Of a stretch of 20,000 nucleotides of DNA, positions 1-7,672 are shown piece after piece. The DNA comes from an uncultured virus (IMG/VR IMGVR_UViG_3300010355_000162) (Duplodnaviria > Heunggongvirae > Uroviricota > Caudoviricetes). Each line of letters opens with the position of its first letter. The stretch's first letter is position 1. Position numbers and translations under genes: made by a program. Where the stretch lies: IMG/VR virus record IMGVR_UViG_3300010355_000162, one strand, 5' to 3'. The notes below the pieces were generated by a model that had not been told where the DNA came from, did no database searches, and saw only the letters and a program-made list of their open reading frames with translations.

Positions 1-1264
1 CGCCCGCGCCAGACGACGAGGTGCACTCGTTACCGACGTTGAACGGACGCGTAAGCGGTGAGAAGTTCGTCGCGACTGCGCACGTCGGATGTGACGCGTA
101 CAAGGTCAATGTGCGGCATCCACTTCCGGTAGGACCGAGCTGCACCGTAGTCTCACCGAACCCGGTGCCGTCGACCGTGATCTCGTTGTCTGTCAGGATG
201 TCGTCAGGAGCGCCGAGTGCGGAGCCAAAGTACCCGTACCAGATCGTGACCTTCGTGTTCGCGGGGAACCATCGTGCCGTCACTTTCCACGCGTATACGT
301 TCGGGCTCGTCGGGTCGGTCGGCGTAGCGATGACCGTGCCCATGCAGAACACAGGCTTGTTCGGGTTCTCGTACTCGGCCTGCACCGACATCGACGCACG
401 CATCTTGCTGCACTCGTTGACGAGTGTCAGTGTGTAGACCTCACACACGGGCTCCCAGGACGTTGCGCAGGGCTTCGGCAGCAGCGTGCCGGTGATACAC
501 ACCTTACCGGGGGATAGCTCCCAGCGTAAGCCCGGTGGAAGCGCAGGAAGCTCATCCACCGTAGCCGTCGTGCCGGTGTAGGTCTGGCAGTACGTGTTGG
601 GTTCGCCCTCGACGAACGTCGGTGATCCGGTGATCTCGCCTAACGTGATCGGAACGCATGGCGGCTCCACCGCCTTCGTCGTGATCGAACCGCTAATGGT
701 GAACGTGTTGCACGGGCTCACGACCTCAATGCTGTAGCTCAGCGGGTACGACACTTCATCCGCGCCCGGTGGAGTGCCGGTGATCGACAGCTGTGTCTCG
801 TAGACCGCTACGCTCACGCCCGCAGGTAGCGTCGTCGCACCGATCACGGTGCCGGACTCAACCTCTTTCGAGAACTGCACGAATCCGTCGCTCGCGGACA
901 GGTCTTGCGTGATGTTCGCTTGCTTGACGCAAGGCTTCGTCACCGTGAAGTCGAACGGGATAATCGTGCAGTCCGAGCACTCGTTCGAGAGCACTACCAC
1001 GCCCGACGCTTTACCGGCCTCAGTCGGCTTACCGCTGAAGACGATGTCGCTACCGTTGATGGTGATGGTCAGCCACTCAGGCTTCAGCTCGACGCGCTCG
1101 ATAACGGGCGACGTACCTTCGACCGCAGTGGTCCACGAACTATCCACACCGACGACGAACGTGTCAGGTGCAAACGTCGCTGCGTCCGCATTGATCGGCG
1201 TGCAGGCGCAGGGGTCCTCTTGAGCCCAACCAACGAACGGCACGGTAGGGTTTGTGATGTTCAT
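1..1264 (-). CDS. Cys-rich virion protein with repeated putative Ig-like (He_PIG-type) domains; 3'-truncated by the window edge; absent from the ORF track
   Basis: Translated by hand. ATG at 1264-1262 overlaps the upstream TGA (ATGA), and the frame stays open for 421 codons to the window edge (MNITNPTVPFVGWAQEDPCACTP...NECTSSSGAG). Three motifs resemble He_PIG repeats: KPEWLTITINGSDIVFSGKPT, LPAGVSVAVYETQLSITGTPP and LPPGLRWELSPGKVCITGTL. 16 Cys. Confidence 0.8.
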   Translation of the reverse strand, partial: MNITNPTVPFVGWAQEDPCACTPINADAATFAPDTFVVGVDSSWTTAVEGTSPVIERVELKPEWLTITINGSDIVFSGKPTEAGKASGVVVLSNECSDCTIIPFDFTVTKPCVKQANITQDLSASDGFVQFSKEVESGTVIGATTLPAGVSVAVYETQLSITGTPPGADEVSYPLSYSIEVVSPCNTFTISGSITTKAVEPPCVPITLGEITGSPTFVEGEPNTYCQTYTGTTATVDELPALPPGLRWELSPGKVCITGTLLPKPCATSWEPVCEVYTLTLVNECSKMRASMSVQAEYENPNKPVFCMGTVIATPTDPTSPNVYAWKVTARWFPANTKVTIWYGYFGSALGAPDDILTDNEITVDGTGFGETTVQLGPTGSGCRTLTLYASHPTCAVATNFSPLTRPFNVGNECTSSSGAG

Positions 1265-2007
1265 ACCAGTTTCCCTGCTGCGGAACATGCGGTGCGGTCG
1301 TACATCGACTCGTCACCGATGGTGAAGTTGTTGAGTGTGCGGTTCTTCATGCGTCGCTTCGCCCACTCCCATTCCTGTTTGACGGCGCTGTACCGCGTAC
1401 GGTCGAACGTCCCGCCATTGAGCAGGAGCTTGGAGCCGGCGCCGATGCCGATCTCCTCTTTCCATTGCTCGAAGAACGACATAGGTACCACGCACGAGAA
1501 GCGCGATGGGATCACCGACAGCTCAACCTCGATTGCGTCGTACTGGTCTGCATTCGGTGCAGGCATCAGGATAATCGTCGTACCGCCATCTGCGACATAG
1601 AACTTACCGTCGCCACACGCGACCAGCTCCTCGCTGCCGCAGGCCGTGTTCAACGCGAACCCGCGCATACACGCAGGGCGCTTCAGACACGGGGACTGCT
1701 GCACCGGCTCAGTACAAACCTCGACGGGCGTACAGGGCCGCTCACGCGTGCCGGTGTACTTGACGCCGTTGACGCAGACGCTCTCGACATACGCGAGTGT
1801 GTAGCCTTCTGGCGTCGGTATGTCGTACGTAGACACCCCGGCCTGCGCATCGACGGTCAGTACGGCCCGCACTTGGCGCGTGACCCGTGCTGCTTCGATC
1901 GTCGCGTTCAGGATCGCGGCTTCGGCAGCAAGCGTACTGGCCGCAGGGACCAGCATTAACGCTGTGTCAAAGAACGCGGACAGGGGGACGGTTTCGTCGA
2001 GTTTCAC
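1261..2007 (-). CDS. Putative head-tail adaptor/connector protein (podovirus type) with a Cys-rich insertion
   Basis: 248 aa; GTG start 1 nt after the upstream stop. The N-terminus (PLSAFF...VPAAS...AILNATIEAARVTR...DAQAGVSTYDIP) resembles podovirus adaptor proteins that follow DUF6682-like genes. Recognised by eye. Confidence 0.6.
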   Translation of the reverse strand: MKLDETVPLSAFFDTALMLVPAASTLAAEAAILNATIEAARVTRQVRAVLTVDAQAGVSTYDIPTPEGYTLAYVESVCVNGVKYTGTRERPCTPVEVCTEPVQQSPCLKRPACMRGFALNTACGSEELVACGDGKFYVADGGTTIILMPAPNADQYDAIEVELSVIPSRFSCVVPMSFFEQWKEEIGIGAGSKLLLNGGTFDRTRYSAVKQEWEWAKRRMKNRTLNNFTIGDESMYDRTACSAAGKLV

Positions 2008-2008
2008 G

Positions 2009-2779
2009 TTAGCCTCGGATTACGTTAGGGTCAGTTTTCTCGCCGCCCATCTGCCCGAGGTAGTACCCGCTCGCGAAGCGCGAGTCCTGACGGTACTTGA
2101 TCCCGAGCATGTTGAAGAACGTGTTGCGGTGCTCGATGGAAGCACGCAGTGCGGCCTCACTCTCGTACTGGATGCCGAGCATCAAGTACAACGTGAACTC
2201 GGTCAGCGCGGCGATATAGCGGCACGGCAGCTCGACATCGGGTTCATCCGGGGAGTAGCACGGTGCGCAGGTCTGCACGGTGATGCGGACCTTCGGAGCT
2301 AGTCCGTCAGGTACTGCGGGCGTAACGCTCATCTCGCCGGGGTTACGCGGGTCGAAGTTGAACCCGCCGAGCAGCCACTTACCGCAGGTGTTCGTCGCAT
2401 CAGGCGTCGTGCCGGAGCCGCTGTCTGCGGTGGCCGGGGTGCACTTGCGGTTCGCATAGAACTGGAACGCTCGAATCTCGTTCGCATCTACAGCAGACAC
2501 GGTGGCCGCAGCCGTCGTCGTGCCGTCAGCGTTCTTGCAGATGTTCTCTGCGGTGCCGACAATTGCGATCACACCAGACGGTAGCTTTTGCCGCGTACCG
2601 GGGACCAGCGCGATCTCCTGTGACTCAGTGAAAATGTCGGGGCGATAGCTCGATATGGCGTCGACCCCGATGGTCGCTGCGCGGTAGATGTCGTCCGGTT
2701 CCCAAGTGATCCCCGGACGGTCCGCTAGCAGCATCGCTACGGAAGTGGCGAAGTCCCCGATGGATTTGCAGTTTGCCAT
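2009..2779 (-). CDS. DUF6682-like phage adaptor / tail-tubular-A-like protein
   Basis: 256 aa. The stretch LLAD...W...AISSYRPDIF...ALVPGTRQKLP, the later FDPRNP...PAVP and the C-terminal YIAALTEFTLY...F...LG helix match my recollection of the DUF6682 pattern. Located downstream of the capsid genes. Confidence 0.7.
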   Translation of the reverse strand: MANCKSIGDFATSVAMLLADRPGITWEPDDIYRAATIGVDAISSYRPDIFTESQEIALVPGTRQKLPSGVIAIVGTAENICKNADGTTTAAATVSAVDANEIRAFQFYANRKCTPATADSGSGTTPDATNTCGKWLLGGFNFDPRNPGEMSVTPAVPDGLAPKVRITVQTCAPCYSPDEPDVELPCRYIAALTEFTLYLMLGIQYESEAALRASIEHRNTFFNMLGIKYRQDSRFASGYYLGQMGGEKTDPNVIRG

Positions 2780-3186
2780 GTTTTCGCATTCTCGTAGTAG
2801 GTGAGCACGTCCTCGGGTTCGAGGGCGGTGTCTTGGTTAATCACCCGGCTAGCAATCTCGTGATGGCATTGGAGTACATGCAGCGCGAAGGCCCGGATCG
2901 ACTTACCTTTGTCAAGTTTCCGGTATTCTGCCCAAAGTGCGGCCAATAAAGCAAGTTTCGCCGCGATCTGCATCTCGTCCACTTGGACGGACGCCGCAGC
3001 ATACAGGCTCTCTTTACGCTGGAAACACACCCGGTTGATCTCGGTTTGGAGTTCGTCCGGCGTCAGTCGCTTGTCGAACCGGCGCACCCGCAGGTGCGTT
3101 GCATCCTCGGGTAGCGAGGGCTCGATGTTCGTACCCGCGTAGATCGCGTTACGGTCGTCGACGTTGATGATGTAGCAGTGACTCAT
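2737..3186 (-). CDS. Hypothetical phage protein
   Basis: 149 aa. Its ATG overlaps the upstream stop (TAATG at 3188-3184), and its 3' end overlaps the next gene by 43 nt. Confidence 0.65.
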   Translation of the reverse strand: MSHCYIINVDDRNAIYAGTNIEPSLPEDATHLRVRRFDKRLTPDELQTEINRVCFQRKESLYAAASVQVDEMQIAAKLALLAALWAEYRKLDKGKSIRAFALHVLQCHHEIASRVINQDTALEPEDVLTYYENAKTWQTANPSGTSPLP

Positions 3187-3668
3187 TAGAACACCCCGGA
3201 GCGTGATGCTGCGAGTATGCTGCCGTTCGATCGCGAACTGGCTACAGCGTTGTTGATACGGTCGACAGCGTTCTCCATGTCCTCAGTCGTACCACCCGCG
3301 CCCATGATCTCACGGACAGCCTTCTCGACGGCATCGTCGTCTTGGCTTGATGGAACTGCGATGGCACCGGCTTGACGGAAGGAGAGCTTGCCTTCGAGGA
3401 TCATGATGACCTTCTTGAAGTGCATCGCCCGGTTGGCCTGTTCGTCGGTCACACGCTCGTCAGTGTAATACTCGACTACGTCGGCAAGGCCCATGCCGTG
3501 TGGTTTGATGAACGACCCTTGCTTGCCGCTCTTCTGCAACGGTGTGAAGGTGCCGTACTCGAAGCCCTTCTCTACCGCTACGTTAACGAGGTACGCGTGC
3601 TTGTAGTCGCGCGGGAGCTTATTGGGTGCCGTAGCTTTGCGGACGGCAGCGGTTACGTTGGCAGACAT
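3186..3668 (-). CDS. Hypothetical phage protein
   Basis: 160 aa, Cys-free, fits the operon tiling, starts just after a terminator. Confidence 0.7.
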   Translation of the reverse strand: MSANVTAAVRKATAPNKLPRDYKHAYLVNVAVEKGFEYGTFTPLQKSGKQGSFIKPHGMGLADVVEYYTDERVTDEQANRAMHFKKVIMILEGKLSFRQAGAIAVPSSQDDDAVEKAVREIMGAGGTTEDMENAVDRINNAVASSRSNGSILAASRSGVF

Positions 3669-3677
3669 ATTTAGAAT

Positions 3678-3712
3678 AAAAAAATGCCGGGAGGATTACC
3701 CGTCCCGGCATT
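3678..3712 (-). terminator. Rho-independent terminator after the capsid/decoration genes
   Basis: Minus strand reads AATGCCGGGA-CGGGTAATCC-TCCCGGCATT followed by TTTTTATT: a 10-bp perfect stem plus U-tract, ~30 nt after the 3741 stop. Confidence 0.85.
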
Positions 3713-3740
3713 CTACGCGCTAACGCTGATTGGTCAAGGT

Positions 3741-4424
3741 TTAGACCGAGCGCAAGCCACCCAAACCGACGACTGGTGCCGTCACTTCAAGGTTGATACA
3801 AGCCAGCTTGTTCACGCCGCAGCCGAACTTACGGGCCGAGCACGAGGTGCAGCCGCCAGTCGTCGGGTCCGTCGCAGTCGGCAAAGCGTCGATCACGAGG
3901 ACCACGGCTTTGTGTTTCTGACACGGTTGTGGACCGGACTCACCGGCTTCAGCAGGGCGGGTGCCTTGCGTCGAACCGTAGTAGAGCGCGTTCGCGTTGA
4001 GTTGTACGACGTTGTGCCACACTTGGCTCACAACTTCGCCGTCCTCGTTAGGGAACACGACCTCTGGTGTGTCGACATCGTTCTTGAGGTTAAGCACGTC
4101 GTGCAGTTCCAAGTGGTACTTGAAACCTTTACAGCCGTGTTTGTTCTCTACACCGACGCGGTCGAGCAAGTAACCGGCATGCACCGGAAACAGGATCAGC
4201 TTGTCGCCAGCAGCCACTTTGTCAGCGTCCGCCCAGCAAGTGAGCTGTCGCTCTTTGCCGAAGTTCAGCGCACGGAAGTAGCGCTCGTCGCGCTCGAAGC
4301 CGTGTGCAACGTCAGGGCCGTTGTTGTGGCAGCAGTCCGGCAATGCGTCACCGATGCAGCTACCCTCACCGAGCGAAGCCTTACCGATAGCGCCACCGCC
4401 GATGGACAGATTGTAAAATTTCAT
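3741..4424 (-). CDS. Putative capsid decoration/cement protein, Cys-rich
   Basis: 227 aa, immediately after the MCP and before the terminator (typical position for a high-copy decoration protein). AGAGG RBS, beta-rich character, 10 Cys. Function is inferred from position. Confidence 0.55.
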   Translation of the reverse strand: MKFYNLSIGGGAIGKASLGEGSCIGDALPDCCHNNGPDVAHGFERDERYFRALNFGKERQLTCWADADKVAAGDKLILFPVHAGYLLDRVGVENKHGCKGFKYHLELHDVLNLKNDVDTPEVVFPNEDGEVVSQVWHNVVQLNANALYYGSTQGTRPAEAGESGPQPCQKHKAVVLVIDALPTATDPTTGGCTSCSARKFGCGVNKLACINLEVTAPVVGLGGLRSV

Positions 4425-4457
4425 GTTGAAACCTCTGTTGTTTGGTGGATGGGTTGA

Positions 4458-5468
4458 TTACGCGCGGTACACGTAACCTACGGCGATCGCTTCCTTGTGG
4501 GTCACTGCCCAGCCGTCGCGAATCATCGTGGTCGAGAACAGGTCGAAACCTGCACCGTTGCGTACATCACGCTCGCTCAACACGATGCCGGTTGCGGCGT
4601 CGAAGTATTTGCGCTTGATCCACACGACGCGGTAAACCGGGCGTGCTTGACCTGCAATGTCGACCGTGTCGACGGCAGCTTGACAGCTACCGGCGTAAAC
4701 CTGGAACCCGCAGCGCAAGCTGATGGATTCGCAGTATTTCGAGTCGGTGATGGATGACGACTTGCCGTTCCGTTCCGCATTCACCAGCAAGGTGCTGTTG
4801 AGGATCAGATACTTCAAGAACGTCGGCACGATCGCCGCTACGTCAGCCGCGCCGAGCAACATCTCGTCGAACACTTGCGGACCTTGAAGCAGGTACTCTA
4901 GTGCATACATCGAACCGGAAGGACCACCGACTTCGAGTGACGTGAGGCCGACAGGCAACGTAGGCGTACCGAGTCGAAGACCCGATTCACCGGCTCGGTT
5001 ACCTTGCGTACACTGGGATGCCAGCGCTGGTACGCCGCAAGCCATACGCGCATCGGCATCTTCTGCCAACGCTACCTCGAACTCGCCGTTGATGGCGTTC
5101 TTGTGCATGGATGCGTCGCAGTCCACCTTGTCGTCGAGCTTGTTCGACTTCGTACGAGCGTAGTGGAAACCACCCAGCTTGTACTGGCGCTTGCAGTACG
5201 TAGCAACGTCAGCTTCGAGCTTACCGTTGATCGCATAACCGCGCACGTTTGGACGACCGTACGACAGGAACTCGCGTGGACGACCGCACGAGGATGGGTC
5301 CGGCAACAAGCGCTGTGCAGCGTTCGCCAACGGAATCTTCGTGTAGATTTGGTCGCAGTAGATATTTTCGATAATCCCTGCGTACTCTGGATACGTGTTG
5401 CAGGTCTGATCGGGGTAGCCAGAAGCTACCTGATTCGTACCGCCACCGTAAAATTGTGAGCCACTCAT
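4458..5468 (-). CDS. Major capsid protein (HK97 fold, P22-coat/T7-like podovirus lineage)
   Basis: 336 aa, follows the scaffold, GAGG RBS. QGNRAG...LGTPTLPV, YLLQGPQVFDE, IVPTFLKYLILNS, GFQVY and the C-terminal GWAVTHKEAIAVGYV parallel motifs I recall from podovirus MCPs (KGATAG...LGT..AP, QVLDE, GYKVVKPEALA). Confidence 0.8.
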   Translation of the reverse strand: MSGSQFYGGGTNQVASGYPDQTCNTYPEYAGIIENIYCDQIYTKIPLANAAQRLLPDPSSCGRPREFLSYGRPNVRGYAINGKLEADVATYCKRQYKLGGFHYARTKSNKLDDKVDCDASMHKNAINGEFEVALAEDADARMACGVPALASQCTQGNRAGESGLRLGTPTLPVGLTSLEVGGPSGSMYALEYLLQGPQVFDEMLLGAADVAAIVPTFLKYLILNSTLLVNAERNGKSSSITDSKYCESISLRCGFQVYAGSCQAAVDTVDIAGQARPVYRVVWIKRKYFDAATGIVLSERDVRNGAGFDLFSTTMIRDGWAVTHKEAIAVGYVYRA

Positions 5469-5498
5469 TTGTGATACCTCGTTGTGGGATGATTCCCG

Positions 5499-6461
5499 TT
5501 ATGGAACTAGCGTCCCCGCTTGAGCGTGCTTGTTTTGGATGTCCCGTAGAGCTTGAATCTTCGCCTTATCAGGGTTCGGACTGCTGATCTCTGCGTCGAT
5601 CCGCGACTTGATTTGCGCAGCGGAGACTTTTTTGACACCCTCTGTGACAGCGCTTGGTGCACCCGCCGCTTGAGCAGGAGTAGCCATATGTGCGAAACCA
5701 GTTACCGGCTGATTCTTTTTGTTGTCCGCCAAGAATCGGTCAGCGTATCGACTCAACACCGCTGCGGCCTTCTGTGGGTCATTCTCAACCCAGTAGTTGT
5801 ACGCGTTGACGCGGGGCATACCGGAGTCATCTTCGGCGTTCAGGAAGTCATCCCATCCGTCGAGTGCCTTCGCTGCCTGCACCTTGGTGTCGGCGTTCGT
5901 GAAGTTCCCTACTACGCCTTGGCGCAGTGCCGCAGTGGATCGCAAGGTCAAGTCACGCGTATCCGTCAAGTCCTTGCGGACCGGGGTCAACGCTTCATCG
6001 AGCATCTTCCGGGCCATCGCGAGGACGCGGGCTTCGGTGTTCTGCGCGACGCGAGCGTTCAACTGCAACGACTCTTTCCATGCGGCCTGATCTTCGGCAC
6101 TGATACCGCTCAGGTAATCCGGCAATTCAGCTTCAGGAGCTGCTGCGGGCTTCGGAGCTTGTCCGAGGTTCAGTTCTGCAAGGCGCTTGTTAACGCCAGC
6201 TTCGACTAACTCTTGGACCTTGCGGTCACGTGCGGCAGCTTCTTCTGCTTGCTTACGGATCGCACCGGCTTGGCGCTTCGATACTGCTGCGGGTTCTTCA
6301 CTTGGTTCTGTTTTCGCGGCAGGTGCTTGTGTACCTGCCTGAGCTGGTTGTCCACCAGCTCCATTTAGCAACTCTTGTTCAAGCGTCGCTTGCAGCTCTG
6401 CATCGGTTTCCGGTGCAGCGCCTGCGTTGCCTGAAGGGGGTTGATTTGCGTTCTGATTCAT
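5499..6461 (-). CDS. Capsid scaffolding protein
   Basis: 320 aa, Ala/Gln/Glu-rich with a disordered N-terminus and helical core (GWDDFL motif), zero Cys, directly upstream of the MCP; ATGA overlap with the upstream gene. Confidence 0.75.
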   Translation of the reverse strand: MNQNANQPPSGNAGAAPETDAELQATLEQELLNGAGGQPAQAGTQAPAAKTEPSEEPAAVSKRQAGAIRKQAEEAAARDRKVQELVEAGVNKRLAELNLGQAPKPAAAPEAELPDYLSGISAEDQAAWKESLQLNARVAQNTEARVLAMARKMLDEALTPVRKDLTDTRDLTLRSTAALRQGVVGNFTNADTKVQAAKALDGWDDFLNAEDDSGMPRVNAYNYWVENDPQKAAAVLSRYADRFLADNKKNQPVTGFAHMATPAQAAGAPSAVTEGVKKVSAAQIKSRIDAEISSPNPDKAKIQALRDIQNKHAQAGTLVP

Positions 6462-6757
6462 ACTAAGCCTTTTTGCTGTGACGATGCGGCAGAAGTTGCC
6501 GGACGATTGACAAGCGTCTGACGAAGGACTTCGACAGCTTGAAGCGCACCAAGTGCTGCGGCCTGCGAGCGTACAAGTTGTTCTGTAGATAGCCCGAGGG
6601 TACCTTTAGCAACTTGGAGCAAAGAGGCTTCACACGTGACGGCGTAGGCACGAAACCATTCGTCGATCAGCTTACTCGGAAACTCCGGCGCGGACACGAG
6701 TTCCCGCATGTCTTTCGACACGGTGGCGAAGTCTCGTGGTGCGTTCAGGGCTTCCAT
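6458..6757 (-). CDS. Small helical head-region protein (type usually found between portal and scaffold)
   Basis: 99 aa; the LVRSQAAALGALQAVEVL helix resembles small pre-scaffold proteins; translationally coupled to the scaffold. Confidence 0.65.
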   Translation of the reverse strand: MEALNAPRDFATVSKDMRELVSAPEFPSKLIDEWFRAYAVTCEASLLQVAKGTLGLSTEQLVRSQAAALGALQAVEVLRQTLVNRPATSAASSQQKGLV

Positions 6758-6764
6758 CGGGGGG

Positions 6765-6794
6765 ACTATAAAAACTACGGGGGCTATCTGTCAA
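6765..6794 (-). promoter_or_regulatory. Sigma70-like promoter for the scaffold/capsid operon
   Basis: Minus strand TTGACA (6794-6789), N18, TATAGT (6770-6765), in an intergenic gap directly after a terminator. Confidence 0.75.
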
Positions 6795-6826
6795 ATAAAA
6801 AACGCCCCGAAGGGCGTTTCTTTTTT
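6793..6826. terminator. Rho-independent terminator, probably bidirectional
   Basis: AAACGCCC-CGAA-GGGCGTTT (6800-6819), a cUUCGg tetraloop on the minus strand, with T-tracts on both strands. Confidence 0.88.
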
Positions 6827-6840
6827 GTAGTGGTAGGCGG

Positions 6841-7005
6841 TTAACAGCGCTTTTTATCGTCGTCGCGATCGCCTTTTTTCTTTTTCGCTGCGCGGGATGC
6901 GTTAGCGGTGGACTTGAATTCGCCGTTCGCTTGCGCGGTCGGTTTACCGAAGCTCTTATCCAACGCGCAACCGCACGACTTGCTCTTGCCTTTACTTGAT
7001 TTCAT
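6841..7005 (-). CDS. Small Lys-rich basic peptide with a CGC motif
   Basis: Start re-assigned to ATG 7005, preceded by GAGGA. 54 aa (MKSSKGKSKSCGCALDK...KKKKGDRDDDKKRC), ending just before the terminator. Confidence 0.55.
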   Translation of the reverse strand: MKSSKGKSKSCGCALDKSFGKPTAQANGEFKSTANASRAAKKKKGDRDDDKKRC

Positions 7006-7288
7006 CTTTTGGTTCCTCATCTGGTAGATCACACCACCCGCTTCGCTCGCCGATGGTCATGGCTGCGACGACGACAATCAACGCTGCTCCGGTGACGACA
7101 CGCCAGACCTCGCCTGTGGACAAGAGTCCAAGGCCAAACCCAAGCATAATGCCTCGGGCGGACATGCAGTATTTGCAATGCGATCCAATGGTCGCGTCGA
7201 GCACGCGAACGAGCACGTCACCTTTCTCAGTAACGCGCGAAAGCCAGTGGGTGTAGAGCCAACAGAAGATTGCACGATAGAGTTTCAT
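6992..7288 (-). CDS. Small two-TM membrane protein with a CxxC (CKYC) motif; holin-like or thiol-oxidoreductase-like
   Basis: 98 aa from ATG 7288 (alternative TTG at 7351). Hydrophobic segments GIMLGFGLGLLS and VVTGAALIVVVAAMTIG, CKYC at 7177-7166, acidic C-terminal tail. Confidence 0.6.
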   Translation of the reverse strand: MKLYRAIFCWLYTHWLSRVTEKGDVLVRVLDATIGSHCKYCMSARGIMLGFGLGLLSTGEVWRVVTGAALIVVVAAMTIGERSGWCDLPDEEPKDEIK

Positions 7289-7343
7289 CGGTTGTAGCTG
7301 ACGTATTTGTCGAGGGGTAGATTGTATCCGACAGGGAGTCCGG

Positions 7344-7670
7344 TCAGCCAAAAAGTTTCGGGGCGACTGCTATCGCCACTACGGCTAAGATCGCAGCGAG
7401 GACTAAACCTGCTGCGACGGCCCGAATGACCCACTTTTTTATGCTGGTGGCGACCTCCGCGACGCCATCCAAACCTTTCAGTTTCTGGTCATGGGCGTCG
7501 GCCCGCTTCTCCAGCGCCGTCATACGCCGGTCTGCCGTCACATAGTTCTGCTCGCTATGCAGCTTGTTCAGCGCAAGGTCACTCCTGAGCTGGTGAACTT
7601 CACCCGTCAGGTTCTGCATGTTTTGGTTTAGGTCACCAAGCAGGCGTAGTAGCAGTTCTTCAGCGTTCAT
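7344..7670 (-). CDS. Coiled-coil protein with a C-terminal TM helix (holin/XhlA-like architecture)
   Basis: 108 aa; heptad-rich N-terminus and hydrophobic C-terminus WVIRAVAAGLVLAAILAVVAIAVA. Confidence 0.6.
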   Translation of the reverse strand: MNAEELLLRLLGDLNQNMQNLTGEVHQLRSDLALNKLHSEQNYVTADRRMTALEKRADAHDQKLKGLDGVAEVATSIKKWVIRAVAAGLVLAAILAVVAIAVAPKLFG

Positions 7671-7672
7671 GG

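Noticed and set aside
4458..4480. Programmed frameshift extending the capsid protein (as in T7 10B)
   Set aside because: No slippery heptamer is visible before the stop, and the next gene has its own RBS.
7006..7032. Longer start (7032) for the basic peptide
   Set aside because: It would overlap the upstream gene further, and ATG 7005 has the RBS.
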